A stretch of DNA of 46,407 nt. It comes from an uncultured archaeon (GTDB taxonomy: Archaea > Asgardarchaeota > Thorarchaeia > Thorarchaeales > Thorarchaeaceae). The position numbers and the translations under genes were made by a program. Shown here one piece after another: positions 18,433 through 27,671 of this stretch (position 1 is the first letter of the stretch; the number at the start of each line of letters is the position of its first letter). The stretch spans positions 1-46,407 of the forward strand of contig CAYWJO010000027.1 in the NCBI GenBank assembly GCA_964458565.1. The letters are read 5' to 3'. The notes under the pieces were generated by a model. It did no database searches and had not been told where the DNA came from. It saw only the letters and a program-made list of their open reading frames with translations.

Positions 18433-18876
18433 TCATTCTCCACCTTTCTCATTGTTGCTCGACCTCAATTTGACTTTCCTTTTAATGAATGTCCAATATG
18501 AATAGAAAACTATCCAAGCTGTGTATGGAATAACCACCAACCACCATAAAGGTGTAGATGCGAGCAAGATTATGCTGTTAATGAAGACATACATAAATAC
18601 ATTGACAAACCATGCTCTTCGCTGCCATCCATGATGCGCGACAATATGCACTGCTCTTAATGCAGAGAATCCCTTCTCGTTAAGTTCGTATTCACCCAAT
18701 TGATTCGTTGCAAGTAAGATTTCCATTTTTTTAAGATGGAAATCGAGCTGCCCACTACTCTCTATCTTGAACTTGCGTTTGAGATCAGCAAATCTCATTG
18801 GTCCTCTTGCGAGAGTCTTTAATATCTCGATTCTAAGTGGGTGTGAGATTGCATCGAATAGGTCATCCGAAGTCAT
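18433..18876 (-). CDS. ArsR-type winged-helix regulator with two C-terminal TM helices
   Basis: LFDAISHPLRIEILKTL...SSGQLDFHLKKM, then hydrophobic AWFVNVFMYVFINSIILLA and LWWLVVIPYTAWIVFYSYW. Confidence 0.85.
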   Translation of the reverse strand: MTSDDLFDAISHPLRIEILKTLARGPMRFADLKRKFKIESSGQLDFHLKKMEILLATNQLGEYELNEKGFSALRAVHIVAHHGWQRRAWFVNVFMYVFINSIILLASTPLWWLVVIPYTAWIVFYSYWTFIKRKVKLRSSNNEKGGE

Positions 18877-19022
18877 TTTTATTCAAGATTTACTACTACA
18901 TGAAAGGATATTATTCTTTCATCCTTGACCAATGGTCAATGAATGTAGACCTTAGAATCTGTAGATGGATTTCTCAGTTCATGTCGAAAAATATGTCCCA
19001 TTGCTACAATTATTCTGTTTTA

Positions 19023-19604
19023 TTATCCGTAAAACCTAGGAGCTGCAGATGCAGCTACTGTGGGAGGTGAAAAATCACTACTTGAGTCATTGTATATCTG
19101 TTCAGCTGTGATTCTAAAAACGTCTGTGATATTGATTCCATCCTTAGCGCTAGTCATGATAAATGGGGCTCCGTGGTCAGAAGCAAATGTCATAGCTTCT
19201 TCTTCACTTACTTCATATGGTAGGTCGCATTTATTCCCACAAACAACCATTGGTACCCTTTTTCCAATAGATGAATCTGCCTCTCTCACCCATGTGGAAA
19301 GCGCTTCGAATGAACCACGATTGTTCATATCAAACACTAGAACAACTGCTTTAGCGGATTTATAAAACACAGGTCTGATGAATTTGAATGTGTCTTGACC
19401 ACCCATATCCCACATTATCAATTTCACACTAGTTTTCACATCGTCTGCATCAATCTCTACTGTACTTGTAAAGTGTTGTACACCGACCGTGACCTGGTAC
19501 TGTTCACGAAAAGAACCAGTGGACCATCTCTGAACTGTACTCGTCTTTCCTACTCCTGCGTTACCTACGATAACCATTTTGTAGATAAAGGCGGCATCTA
19601 ACAT
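19023..19604 (-). CDS. Rab-like small GTPase (likely start MLDAAF at 19604)
   Basis: GNAGVGKTS, VTVGVQH, WDMGGQ, NKCD, TSAK. Confidence 0.95.
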   Translation of the reverse strand: MLDAAFIYKMVIVGNAGVGKTSTVQRWSTGSFREQYQVTVGVQHFTSTVEIDADDVKTSVKLIMWDMGGQDTFKFIRPVFYKSAKAVVLVFDMNNRGSFEALSTWVREADSSIGKRVPMVVCGNKCDLPYEVSEEEAMTFASDHGAPFIMTSAKDGINITDVFRITAEQIYNDSSSDFSPPTVAASAAPRFYG

Positions 19605-19777
19605 CACACTAATCCTCAAGACTATTATATTGTATTATAATATATATCTATCTAGCTTTAAATAATATAGTACGATTACGAGAAAGTAATTTGCTTTCGT
19701 ATCATAATCATTTCATTTGGATCAAGATTATTGACGCTATCAATGAGACTTATCAACAATACTGCGTAATATCAAAT

Positions 19778-20266
19778 ATGGGCGAAGTAGATAAAGAGAA
19801 ATTTCTTGAAATGATGATGCCTAAAAATCATACATATCAATTAGTCTGTGGAATCGTGTTTTTCATCGTCTGGTTTTTAGATGCTTTTCTTCTAAGAATT
19901 ACTACAGTATATGCAGATTTACTTCCTTTTTGGTTGCCTCTTTTTTTAGCGTTAATAATTTTCATAGTGTGTCTTTATCTCATCGATGCATCCCACAAAG
20001 CCCTCTTTAATTCCGGTCCCTTTGGATTGAGAACTGAAGGTGTTTTCGCCAGTGTCAGACATCCTATGTACCTTGGCACAGTCTTGTTCTATCTAACCTT
20101 AGCAGTAGCTGTAATTTCACTTGCGTCAATTTTGACTTTCTGCATGGTTTTTCTAGTGTATAATTACATAGCTGATTTTGAAGAAAAACAGCTTGAGATG
20201 CGCTTTGGAGTTGAATTCTTGGAATACAAAGAGAGAGTGGGAAAATGGGGTCCCCGATGGAAATAA
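19778..20266 (+). CDS. Isoprenylcysteine carboxyl methyltransferase / PEMT-family membrane protein
   Basis: LRTEGVFASVRHPMYLG...EEKQLEMRFGVEFLEYKERV; ATG 19778 preferred over TTG 19691. Confidence 0.88.
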   Translation: MGEVDKEKFLEMMMPKNHTYQLVCGIVFFIVWFLDAFLLRITTVYADLLPFWLPLFLALIIFIVCLYLIDASHKALFNSGPFGLRTEGVFASVRHPMYLGTVLFYLTLAVAVISLASILTFCMVFLVYNYIADFEEKQLEMRFGVEFLEYKERVGKWGPRWK

Positions 20267-20288
20267 CTCTTAATGGGAACACATCTAA

Positions 20289-20316
20289 AATTTCATAATT
20301 TCATAATTTCGAAATT
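20289..20316. promoter_or_regulatory. Tandem AATTTCAT x2 + palindrome AATTTCGAAATT, putative operator of the downstream regulator
   Basis: Read directly; about 40 nt upstream of the 20358 ORF. Confidence 0.5.
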
Positions 20317-20357
20317 CTTAAATTAATGGGATCCCATATATAACTGAGAATCTCATA

Positions 20358-20843
20358 ATGACTTCTATAGATTTACGAAAAAAGTTTCTAACGATTATTG
20401 GAGATACCTATGAGACCTATGGATATCCAGAATACTGTGGTTGGATAGAAGGACTTCTACTTCTGGAACCCAGAGAGTGGTCCCAAAGAAGTATATCGGA
20501 AAGGCTAGGTGAACTTTTTCCGGCATCAAAATATCCTACATCGATATCATCTGTTAATCGAGCTCTAAAAATTCTAGAATCCTACGGAGTGGTTGAGAAA
20601 GCCGGATCACGGAAAGAAGGTTTCAGGTATCGCACAATCGCGTCTTCCAATCTTGTTTCCTCAATGCTCTACCAACTAATAGCGGTTAATCAGGACTTCA
20701 TCAGTAAGATGGAGATTCTGAAAAAGAAGAATCAGAAATTTGATACAGAATTGAGGAGAGCTACTTCATATCAAATCAGTATCGCGAAAACTTGGAACAA
20801 AGCTCTGGAGCTTCTCATTGAATCTATTCGTGGTGAAAAATAG
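20358..20843 (+). CDS. GbsR/MarR-type winged-helix regulator
   Basis: YETYGYPEYCGWIEGLLLL....SQRSI...SISSVNRALKILE..GVV. Confidence 0.8.
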   Translation: MTSIDLRKKFLTIIGDTYETYGYPEYCGWIEGLLLLEPREWSQRSISERLGELFPASKYPTSISSVNRALKILESYGVVEKAGSRKEGFRYRTIASSNLVSSMLYQLIAVNQDFISKMEILKKKNQKFDTELRRATSYQISIAKTWNKALELLIESIRGEK

Positions 20844-20855
20844 GGGTGTTTTTAG

Positions 20856-22361
20856 ATGAGTAAGAAATCAATCATTATTATTGGCGCTGGACTAGCTGGT
20901 CTATCAGCAGGTTGCTACGCTCAAATGAATGGTTATGAGAGTAGAATATTCGAACACCACTCAAAACCTGGTGGCGTTGCTGCTGTATGGAAGAGAGGTG
21001 AGTATCTAATTGATGGTGGTATTCACTTTCTCATCTGTCATAAACCAGGGAGTTCAATATATGACCTATACACTGAGATAGGTGCAGTAGACAATCTTGC
21101 TGTTGAAGACATGACTACATATCTCCGGTTCTATGATGCAACAGGTTCGAAGCATATTGACCTTACTGGAGACCTCGATAAGCTTGAAGCTGATTTCCTT
21201 GAAATATCTCCAGAAGACAAAGAGGAGATTCGGAGTTTCATTAAGGAAATTCGTTCTCTACGTGACTCTCCGTTGCTAACAGATATGGGAATGGATGTAA
21301 CACCTCCAGAACTCAAGAGCCGTTTTGGCTCATTGAAAGAGATGTGGCAGATGCGTGGATTCATGAAGTACTTTTATGGGAAGTTCTCTAAGTCTGCAAG
21401 AACGTATGCAAAGCGATTTCAAAATCCATGGCTTCGTTCAATAATTGAATATAGTTTTTCGCCAGATATTGCCATTTGGTTTGTGATTATGATATTAGCC
21501 TCAGTAGCAGCTGGAATGATTGGGCTAATTAAAAATGGATGTCATGAATTTGTGAATCGAATAGTAGGCACGTATGAGTCACTTGGAGGAAAGATTCAGT
21601 ACAAAACAACAGTTGAGAAAATTATCGTGGAGGATGACAAGGCGGTTGGAGTTTTATTGTCAGATGGAACAGAGCACAAAGCTGATGTGATTGTTTCAGC
21701 AGCTGATGGAAAGAGTACAATCTTCAACTTACTTGACGGTAGGTACACTGACGAGAAAATTGAGAAACGTTATGCCACTTGGAAGCCTTATGATCCCACA
21801 TTCATTGTGAGTCTTGGTGTTGCGAGAACATTCGAAGACGAGGCGCCTCTTACAGGATTCTTACTAGATGATCCCATCGTAATCAATGAAAAGAAAATCA
21901 AGATCCTTCCTCTAAGGGTCTTCAATTACAGCGATGTATTTGCACCAGAAGGGAAGTCTGTGATTCAGATTATGTTGGAAACTGATTGGGAATACTGGAA
22001 GACTCTCCATGAGAACATAGAGGAATATGTAGCTGATAAAGAACGAATTGCTAAGGAAGTTATCCAACGCCTTGAGAGATATTATCCTGGAATCTCATCA
22101 CAGATTGAGGCTACGGATATAGCAACTCCCTATACGACTTGGAGATATACTCTGAATTACAGGGGATCGCCAATGGGATGGCAAATGACACGAGCATCTC
22201 TGATGGAGGTAATACCTCGAACTTTACCTGGACTCGAGAACTTCTATATGGCAGGACAGTGGGTCTTGGCTGGTGGAGGTGTACCAGGTTGCATCTACAC
22301 AGGTCGTAATGTAGTCCGGATACTCTGTAAGAAAGACGGAACGAAGTTCAGGATTGAATAG
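20856..22361 (+). CDS. Phytoene desaturase (CrtI)-like FAD-dependent oxidoreductase
   Basis: IIGAGLAGLSAG, EHHSKPGG, IDGGIH, ATPYTTWRYT, LENFYMAGQW..GGG. Confidence 0.9.
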   Translation: MSKKSIIIIGAGLAGLSAGCYAQMNGYESRIFEHHSKPGGVAAVWKRGEYLIDGGIHFLICHKPGSSIYDLYTEIGAVDNLAVEDMTTYLRFYDATGSKHIDLTGDLDKLEADFLEISPEDKEEIRSFIKEIRSLRDSPLLTDMGMDVTPPELKSRFGSLKEMWQMRGFMKYFYGKFSKSARTYAKRFQNPWLRSIIEYSFSPDIAIWFVIMILASVAAGMIGLIKNGCHEFVNRIVGTYESLGGKIQYKTTVEKIIVEDDKAVGVLLSDGTEHKADVIVSAADGKSTIFNLLDGRYTDEKIEKRYATWKPYDPTFIVSLGVARTFEDEAPLTGFLLDDPIVINEKKIKILPLRVFNYSDVFAPEGKSVIQIMLETDWEYWKTLHENIEEYVADKERIAKEVIQRLERYYPGISSQIEATDIATPYTTWRYTLNYRGSPMGWQMTRASLMEVIPRTLPGLENFYMAGQWVLAGGGVPGCIYTGRNVVRILCKKDGTKFRIE

Positions 22362-22487
22362 ATTCATTCATCGATTCTCTTAGCAGTAATCAATTGAGCG
22401 AAGAACCCTCCAGATTCCTAAAACTAAAATTCAGTGATATTCCCTGATTCGTCCTCGATATCTTTACAAGGCAAAAAGAAATGAGAA

Positions 22488-22507
22488 AGTGCTCTTTTCA
22501 GAGCACT
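22488..22507 (-). terminator. Hairpin AGTGCTCT-TTTC-AGAGCACT + T-tract
   Basis: Directly downstream of the 22519 stop; TTTCTTTTT follows on minus. Confidence 0.6.
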
Positions 22508-22518
22508 CCATGTGAACA

Positions 22519-22927
22519 CTATTTCTTACGTAGTTTCATAATCACTACTAACACAACTATAACTCCTACTCCTGCACCCGCTAATAGTAGAAGCAGAGAA
22601 ATATCTCCACCTGTTGGAGACGGAGTCGTCGTTTCATTAGATGTTGCCATAGTAGAGGGTGTAGTTGTTGGAGCTTCTGTTGTGGTTGGTGCGGGACTAG
22701 TAGTTAATGTTGATGTTGTACTTGTGACAGCTGTTGATGTGGTAGTAGCGGACGTAGTAGTTGAAGATAATACCTTCAGATGATTATACAATGGTCGTAG
22801 TTGGAGAAGTTGGTAGTGGATTAGGTCTTGTTATTGTGGTGATATTGCTCTTGAGAAGAAAACAGTCATAGAGAGAGAATGGGAATCGAGATTGCAATTA
22901 TCATTATGGTACTCTCTCGTATCTCAT
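22519..22927 (-). pseudogene. Degraded Thr-rich cell-surface protein with C-terminal TM anchor
   Basis: Intact Thr linker, TM helix and KLRKK; upstream signal-peptide-like (IMIIAISIPILSL) and Thr/Pro segments are scattered over three frames with stops. Confidence 0.6.
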
Positions 22928-23158
22928 GAAACTAAAGGAAAGATGCCACGACACAGGTACCTAACCAGTCCTTATCGGTTTGAAATACACTGATAGGGGA
23001 GTAAAGCATTTTTAGTCTATTCTTTCGGCTATGATTTGTTGAAGCTTTTAGTGTAACTGCTATAACAACACCTCACATCAGGATTCTTTTCCAATTTTGT
23101 AGATAGTGTATTAACAATATTTAAGTCGTATGTTTAATCGCATGATTTACCAAAATCG

Positions 23159-24106
23159 GTGAGAGTGTTTTTATCAAGTAGAAACATTGCTATTCTAATG
23201 AACAGAGTGAAAAGGAGGATGTTCTATTCGTTTCTTATGAATCCTTTACCTCGACCGTATCAAGAGACTGATCGTGAGTCTATCCTTAAGATTGCTGAAG
23301 GCACTTGGAACGGGCATGATCATCTAAATACAGAACTTGATGCTATCGTTAAGAATCATAAATCCAATCCTTTTGTACTGGAGATTGATGGGACAGTTGT
23401 TGGTTTTGCCAATCTTAGGATTATTGATAATGGAAAAACAGGTTGGATGGAAACCTTGAGAGTACATCCTGATTATCGTGAATCAGGATATGGACACCTT
23501 TTGACTGATTATTTGGTTCAATTTGCTAGGGAGAAAAGGCTTTCCCGTCTTAGACTCACCTTGGCAACAATGAATGATGCTCCAATAAAACTTGCAAAGA
23601 GTATTGGAATGAATGAAATTCTCATTATGAAGAATCTATGGTATGGACATGTTTCTGAAATTAAATGGAGTTTTAGTGAGATTGAGATGAAGGAGGTCAC
23701 AGGCTCCGATTCATATTATCTACTTCAAAGCAATCCTGCATTGATGCCAAGGAATATTGGGATTTACTTTTGGTATGCTTTCGATACTGATGTTTCAAGC
23801 TTCAATGAAGTAGGAAAAAAAGTTAGAATTTGGGCAGGACGAAGGAAGAACATTTTAGTTGCGCTAGCGTTTGGTCTAAGACGAGAAACCCCACAAGGTC
23901 CAGAATGGAGTGCATCGATTTATGCCAGAGAAAAGGCCTCTTTTCTTTCAGCAATTTCACATACGCTTCATCTATGTAAGTCCTTTAGAATTGAATCTCT
24001 AATGATTCAACATGAACCAGAGAATGCCGTTCAATATGACTCTATTGAGTGGATGAAATCTCCAATTCATCAAATTGACTTGGCTTTGTATGAGAGAATC
24101 CTTTGA
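23159..24106 (+). CDS. GNAT family N-acetyltransferase (start probably ATG 23219 or 23237)
   Basis: GWMETLRVHPDYRESGYG acetyl-CoA motif A. Confidence 0.9.
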   Translation: MRVFLSSRNIAILMNRVKRRMFYSFLMNPLPRPYQETDRESILKIAEGTWNGHDHLNTELDAIVKNHKSNPFVLEIDGTVVGFANLRIIDNGKTGWMETLRVHPDYRESGYGHLLTDYLVQFAREKRLSRLRLTLATMNDAPIKLAKSIGMNEILIMKNLWYGHVSEIKWSFSEIEMKEVTGSDSYYLLQSNPALMPRNIGIYFWYAFDTDVSSFNEVGKKVRIWAGRRKNILVALAFGLRRETPQGPEWSASIYAREKASFLSAISHTLHLCKSFRIESLMIQHEPENAVQYDSIEWMKSPIHQIDLALYERIL

Positions 24107-24196
24107 AGCTATGGGATGGGTGAGGTAGAACTTCATGAATCTTTTTTCCGATGACAAATAAACAAGAAACCTCTCTCTTTTTTAGATGGATATGGT

Positions 24197-25552
24197 TTGA
24201 TGTATTTGGTGTGCACCATGCTTGATGAGATTGTACCACTAATGCAGAAGTTAATTCAGAACAAGTGTGTTAATCCTCCTGGAAATGAGATGAGAAGCAT
24301 CAAAACAATTGAGCAATACCTGAAATCAAAGGGGATTGACTCTGAGATTTTCGAGAGTACCACTGAACGTGGTAATCTACTTGCAGAGATTAAGGGCACT
24401 TCACACCATCCTAGCTTGATGTTTGGCCCATCTCATGTAGATGTTGTGCCTGTTGAAGAAGAGTCGAGTTGGTCGATTCCTCCATTTGAAGGTAGAGTAG
24501 AAGACGACTTCATCTGGGGACGAGGGTCTCTTGATATGCTCTATATTGTAGCTTGTCAAGCAGTTGTGTTTTCACACCTAGCTTCAAATGGATTCAAACC
24601 TAGGGGCGACCTCAAGCTCCTGATAGTAGCTGATGAAGAAGCTGCTGGGACATTTGGAGCAAAATGGATGGTTGATAATTATCCTGACAAGGTGAAAGTA
24701 GAATATCTAATTTCCGAGACTGGCGGGGAACCAGTGGAAGCCAATAGAGTAGCATTCTGGTATGGTGAGAAAGGATCGAATTGGACTAGATTAATCTTCA
24801 AAGGTGCTGAGTCCCATGGAAGTGCTCCTCTGCTTAGTGATAATGCAGCTATCAAGCTAGCAAAAGCAATTGAACGTATTACAGACTATCAGCCACCCCG
24901 CGATTTGACTTTGGTCCGGAATCTAATTGCTCCTCTGAGTATGGGTGGTCTTACCAAAAGTCTTGCATCCTCATCAATTACCCTTCCACAGGTTTTAAAA
25001 TCGTTAAGAAAGAGTAACCCTGGAATGGCTGGATTTCTTCATGCAATTTCTCAAATGACATGGTCACCAAATGTCTGTGAAGCTGGTACAAAAATCAATG
25101 TAGTACCTGCTAAAGCTCAACTGGATATTGATATTCGTACACTTCCAGGACAGAACGAAGAATATGTCCGAACTCATTTGCAGCACGCTTTGGGTGACCT
25201 TATTGATGATGTCGTTATCGAGCGTGTTCCTGAGGAGTTGGGAGGTGCAGTATCTCCTGGTACAATGAGTGATATGGACTCTCCTTTTGTAGATATAATG
25301 AGAGGTGTTCTTAGAGAATTAAGAGGTGAGGAATTTGATCTTGTTCCTCTTTTTTCACCTGGAGCAACAGATGCAAGATTCTTCAGACAGGCTTTTGGTA
25401 CACAAGCTTATGGTTTTGCTATTACAGACGGACGTCTAGACTTGTCTACATTATTCAAATTATTCCACGGGGATGATGAGAGAGTCTCATTGGGAACGAT
25501 TGAGTTAACAGCAAATGCTTACAAAATGGTCGCGGAAAGGTTTCTTAGTTAG
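24197..25552 (+). CDS. M20/M25/M40 family metallo-hydrolase
   Basis: SHVDVVP, WGRGSLDM, ADEEAAG, HGS, GATDAR, HGDDER. Confidence 0.95.
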   Translation: MMYLVCTMLDEIVPLMQKLIQNKCVNPPGNEMRSIKTIEQYLKSKGIDSEIFESTTERGNLLAEIKGTSHHPSLMFGPSHVDVVPVEEESSWSIPPFEGRVEDDFIWGRGSLDMLYIVACQAVVFSHLASNGFKPRGDLKLLIVADEEAAGTFGAKWMVDNYPDKVKVEYLISETGGEPVEANRVAFWYGEKGSNWTRLIFKGAESHGSAPLLSDNAAIKLAKAIERITDYQPPRDLTLVRNLIAPLSMGGLTKSLASSSITLPQVLKSLRKSNPGMAGFLHAISQMTWSPNVCEAGTKINVVPAKAQLDIDIRTLPGQNEEYVRTHLQHALGDLIDDVVIERVPEELGGAVSPGTMSDMDSPFVDIMRGVLRELRGEEFDLVPLFSPGATDARFFRQAFGTQAYGFAITDGRLDLSTLFKLFHGDDERVSLGTIELTANAYKMVAERFLS

Positions 25553-27467
25553 GAGAACCTACTTCGATTATAACTTCATCTGATATTTCATTATTCAGAA
25601 ACATCTCAGGTGAGATTACATCTCCAAATTCCTGTTGTGAATCAATTAATCGCTTTCTCTGTGCACTGAGTAATTCATATAGGATTGGGGGTGTATCTCT
25701 GACGCAATCATCATACTCTTTCTCAATTCTATCAATCTTATTGAGGAGTTCGGGAATTCGAATCGCAAATTGCTGATTATAATCCTCGAGTGAATATTCT
25801 TTGTTTAGATGTATTTTGAATAAGTTCCTTAAGTCTTCATAGAGCGGAATATAACCGGTTGGTGTTTTTCTTGCATTTATCTCACCATGCACCCTGAGGT
25901 CCATCCACTGTAACCAAACTCTCTTGTCCTTCTTATCAGTGAGATCGTTTCCTTCCTCATCTTTTTGGAAGTAATTAACACTGAAGACTTTTGGTACTTT
26001 TTCAAGACCTTCAACGAACTCCAGATGATTTTTGATATAGCGTCCAAGAGGTATTGACATAAAATCCATATTTGCGAATGCCTGGAATTTACGAATCCCA
26101 CTTGGTCCCATCGTAGCTGCGGTTGATTCGGATTCCAAACTTGCCCCCATGGTGATTACTCCATGTGACCAATCAAACGCTTCTTGTACAGGAACCCAAG
26201 TATCGGGGTCTCTTCCTCCATAGATGACTGCTCCTAGTTCCACGCCTTCAGGATCCTCAAGTGTGTCATCTAAATTATCCAATCCTTCAAGACCAATTGT
26301 GTATCTTGCATTCTTATGTGCGAGAGGTATAGATTCACCATTTTCGTCTTTCTTACCTTCAAACCACGCACCTGAATGATTGATGCCTCTTTTTGGTGGA
26401 TTTCTCCCATCTCCAAGCCAATACGGGATTCCTTCATCGACTAACACATTTGTAAAGATGACAGGATGTTCTGAATGAATTACATCCCAGATGACCGGAT
26501 CGGCTTTTTTACTAACTGACCTTATGATTCCAAAGATCCCTCGTTCAACATTAACAGCTCTTGGAATACCATCAATGTTTTTGATATATGCAAGGTCATC
26601 ACCCACGATGGTTGCACCTGGAACCATAGATGTACTAGTCTTACCACATCCACTAGGAAACGCACCACTCATGTATGTCTTTCGTCCTTTCGGACCATGC
26701 ACAGCCATTAGAAACATGTGTTCAGCTAACCAGTTTTCTCTACTAGCTTTTCTAATCGCTAGACGAAGTGCGAGTTTCTTGAGACCTATTGTATTACCTG
26801 CATATTGTGTGTTATAGCTGTAAACTATATTCTCCTTGTAATCGATAGCTACTCCCCTTTTTTTCCAATTTGTACTGACAGAGTGAATAAGTTTACCTGA
26901 TGAATGAAGCATCCAGAAAATTTCAGCATTTGGCTCCAGTTTCTGAAAATATTCGTAGCCTCTTCGATAGAGAAGGTCCTCACTATGTGCAACATAGAAT
27001 GAATCAGTTATTTGTACACATGGAATTGAAAATTCTGAATCGACTGGCCCTAGACAGAGGAACCGGATGACCATTTTCTTGTGATCCATGCTGTTTTTCA
27101 GTCGTTTTCTAGATAGCTCGATACCTTCTTCCCTATCCATCTGAAGTAGGTGTTCTCCTAGGGATTCTCCAGCTGGTACAAGGTATATTGTATGTTCTTT
27201 ATCACGTGCTTGATCAAAGAATCCATCATAATGCACTGTATGGTTTGGATGTGCTAGCTTGGTTTCTTCTCCTCTCGCAATGGCAGTCTTCCTTATGTAT
27301 TCGACATCCTGTTCTGAGTCATCACAGACAAATACCTTCATTGGTTGACAGAGGTCGATTGCTTCTGCAACAAAATCATGAACACGCTGAGAGGGGATAG
27401 CAAGAATCTTTCTTAGATTCACCTTGTTGAGTGAAGACTCTAGAATAGTCATTGTATCAACCATCAA
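25545..27467 (-). CDS. pckG: Phosphoenolpyruvate carboxykinase (GTP)
   Basis: YAGNTIGLKK, WLAEHM, GAFPSGCGKTS, VGDDLAY, AHKNARYT, IYGGRD. Confidence 0.96.
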   Translation of the reverse strand: MMVDTMTILESSLNKVNLRKILAIPSQRVHDFVAEAIDLCQPMKVFVCDDSEQDVEYIRKTAIARGEETKLAHPNHTVHYDGFFDQARDKEHTIYLVPAGESLGEHLLQMDREEGIELSRKRLKNSMDHKKMVIRFLCLGPVDSEFSIPCVQITDSFYVAHSEDLLYRRGYEYFQKLEPNAEIFWMLHSSGKLIHSVSTNWKKRGVAIDYKENIVYSYNTQYAGNTIGLKKLALRLAIRKASRENWLAEHMFLMAVHGPKGRKTYMSGAFPSGCGKTSTSMVPGATIVGDDLAYIKNIDGIPRAVNVERGIFGIIRSVSKKADPVIWDVIHSEHPVIFTNVLVDEGIPYWLGDGRNPPKRGINHSGAWFEGKKDENGESIPLAHKNARYTIGLEGLDNLDDTLEDPEGVELGAVIYGGRDPDTWVPVQEAFDWSHGVITMGASLESESTAATMGPSGIRKFQAFANMDFMSIPLGRYIKNHLEFVEGLEKVPKVFSVNYFQKDEEGNDLTDKKDKRVWLQWMDLRVHGEINARKTPTGYIPLYEDLRNLFKIHLNKEYSLEDYNQQFAIRIPELLNKIDRIEKEYDDCVRDTPPILYELLSAQRKRLIDSQQEFGDVISPEMFLNNEISDEVIIEVGSPN

Positions 27468-27671
27468 TATTCCACCAGAAGACTACATGCTCTATATGAC
27501 TACTTCAATGGTAAACCAATATAATACCCTCGCCAGCGGCAATGACAAAAGAGAGAGTAAATCCAATCCGGGATGATTATTTTCTGTTCGAATTTTAGAA
27601 CGACAAGTTCTAGGAATAGTCTTATGTAAAAATGTTGCATCTCATATTCAGGGACATTTGAAATCCTAGAA

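Noticed and set aside
12501-23124. Identical 14-mer TTAACAATATTTAA at 12501 and 23111
   Set aside because: AT-rich and TATA/BRE-like; best explained as ordinary promoter sequence or chance
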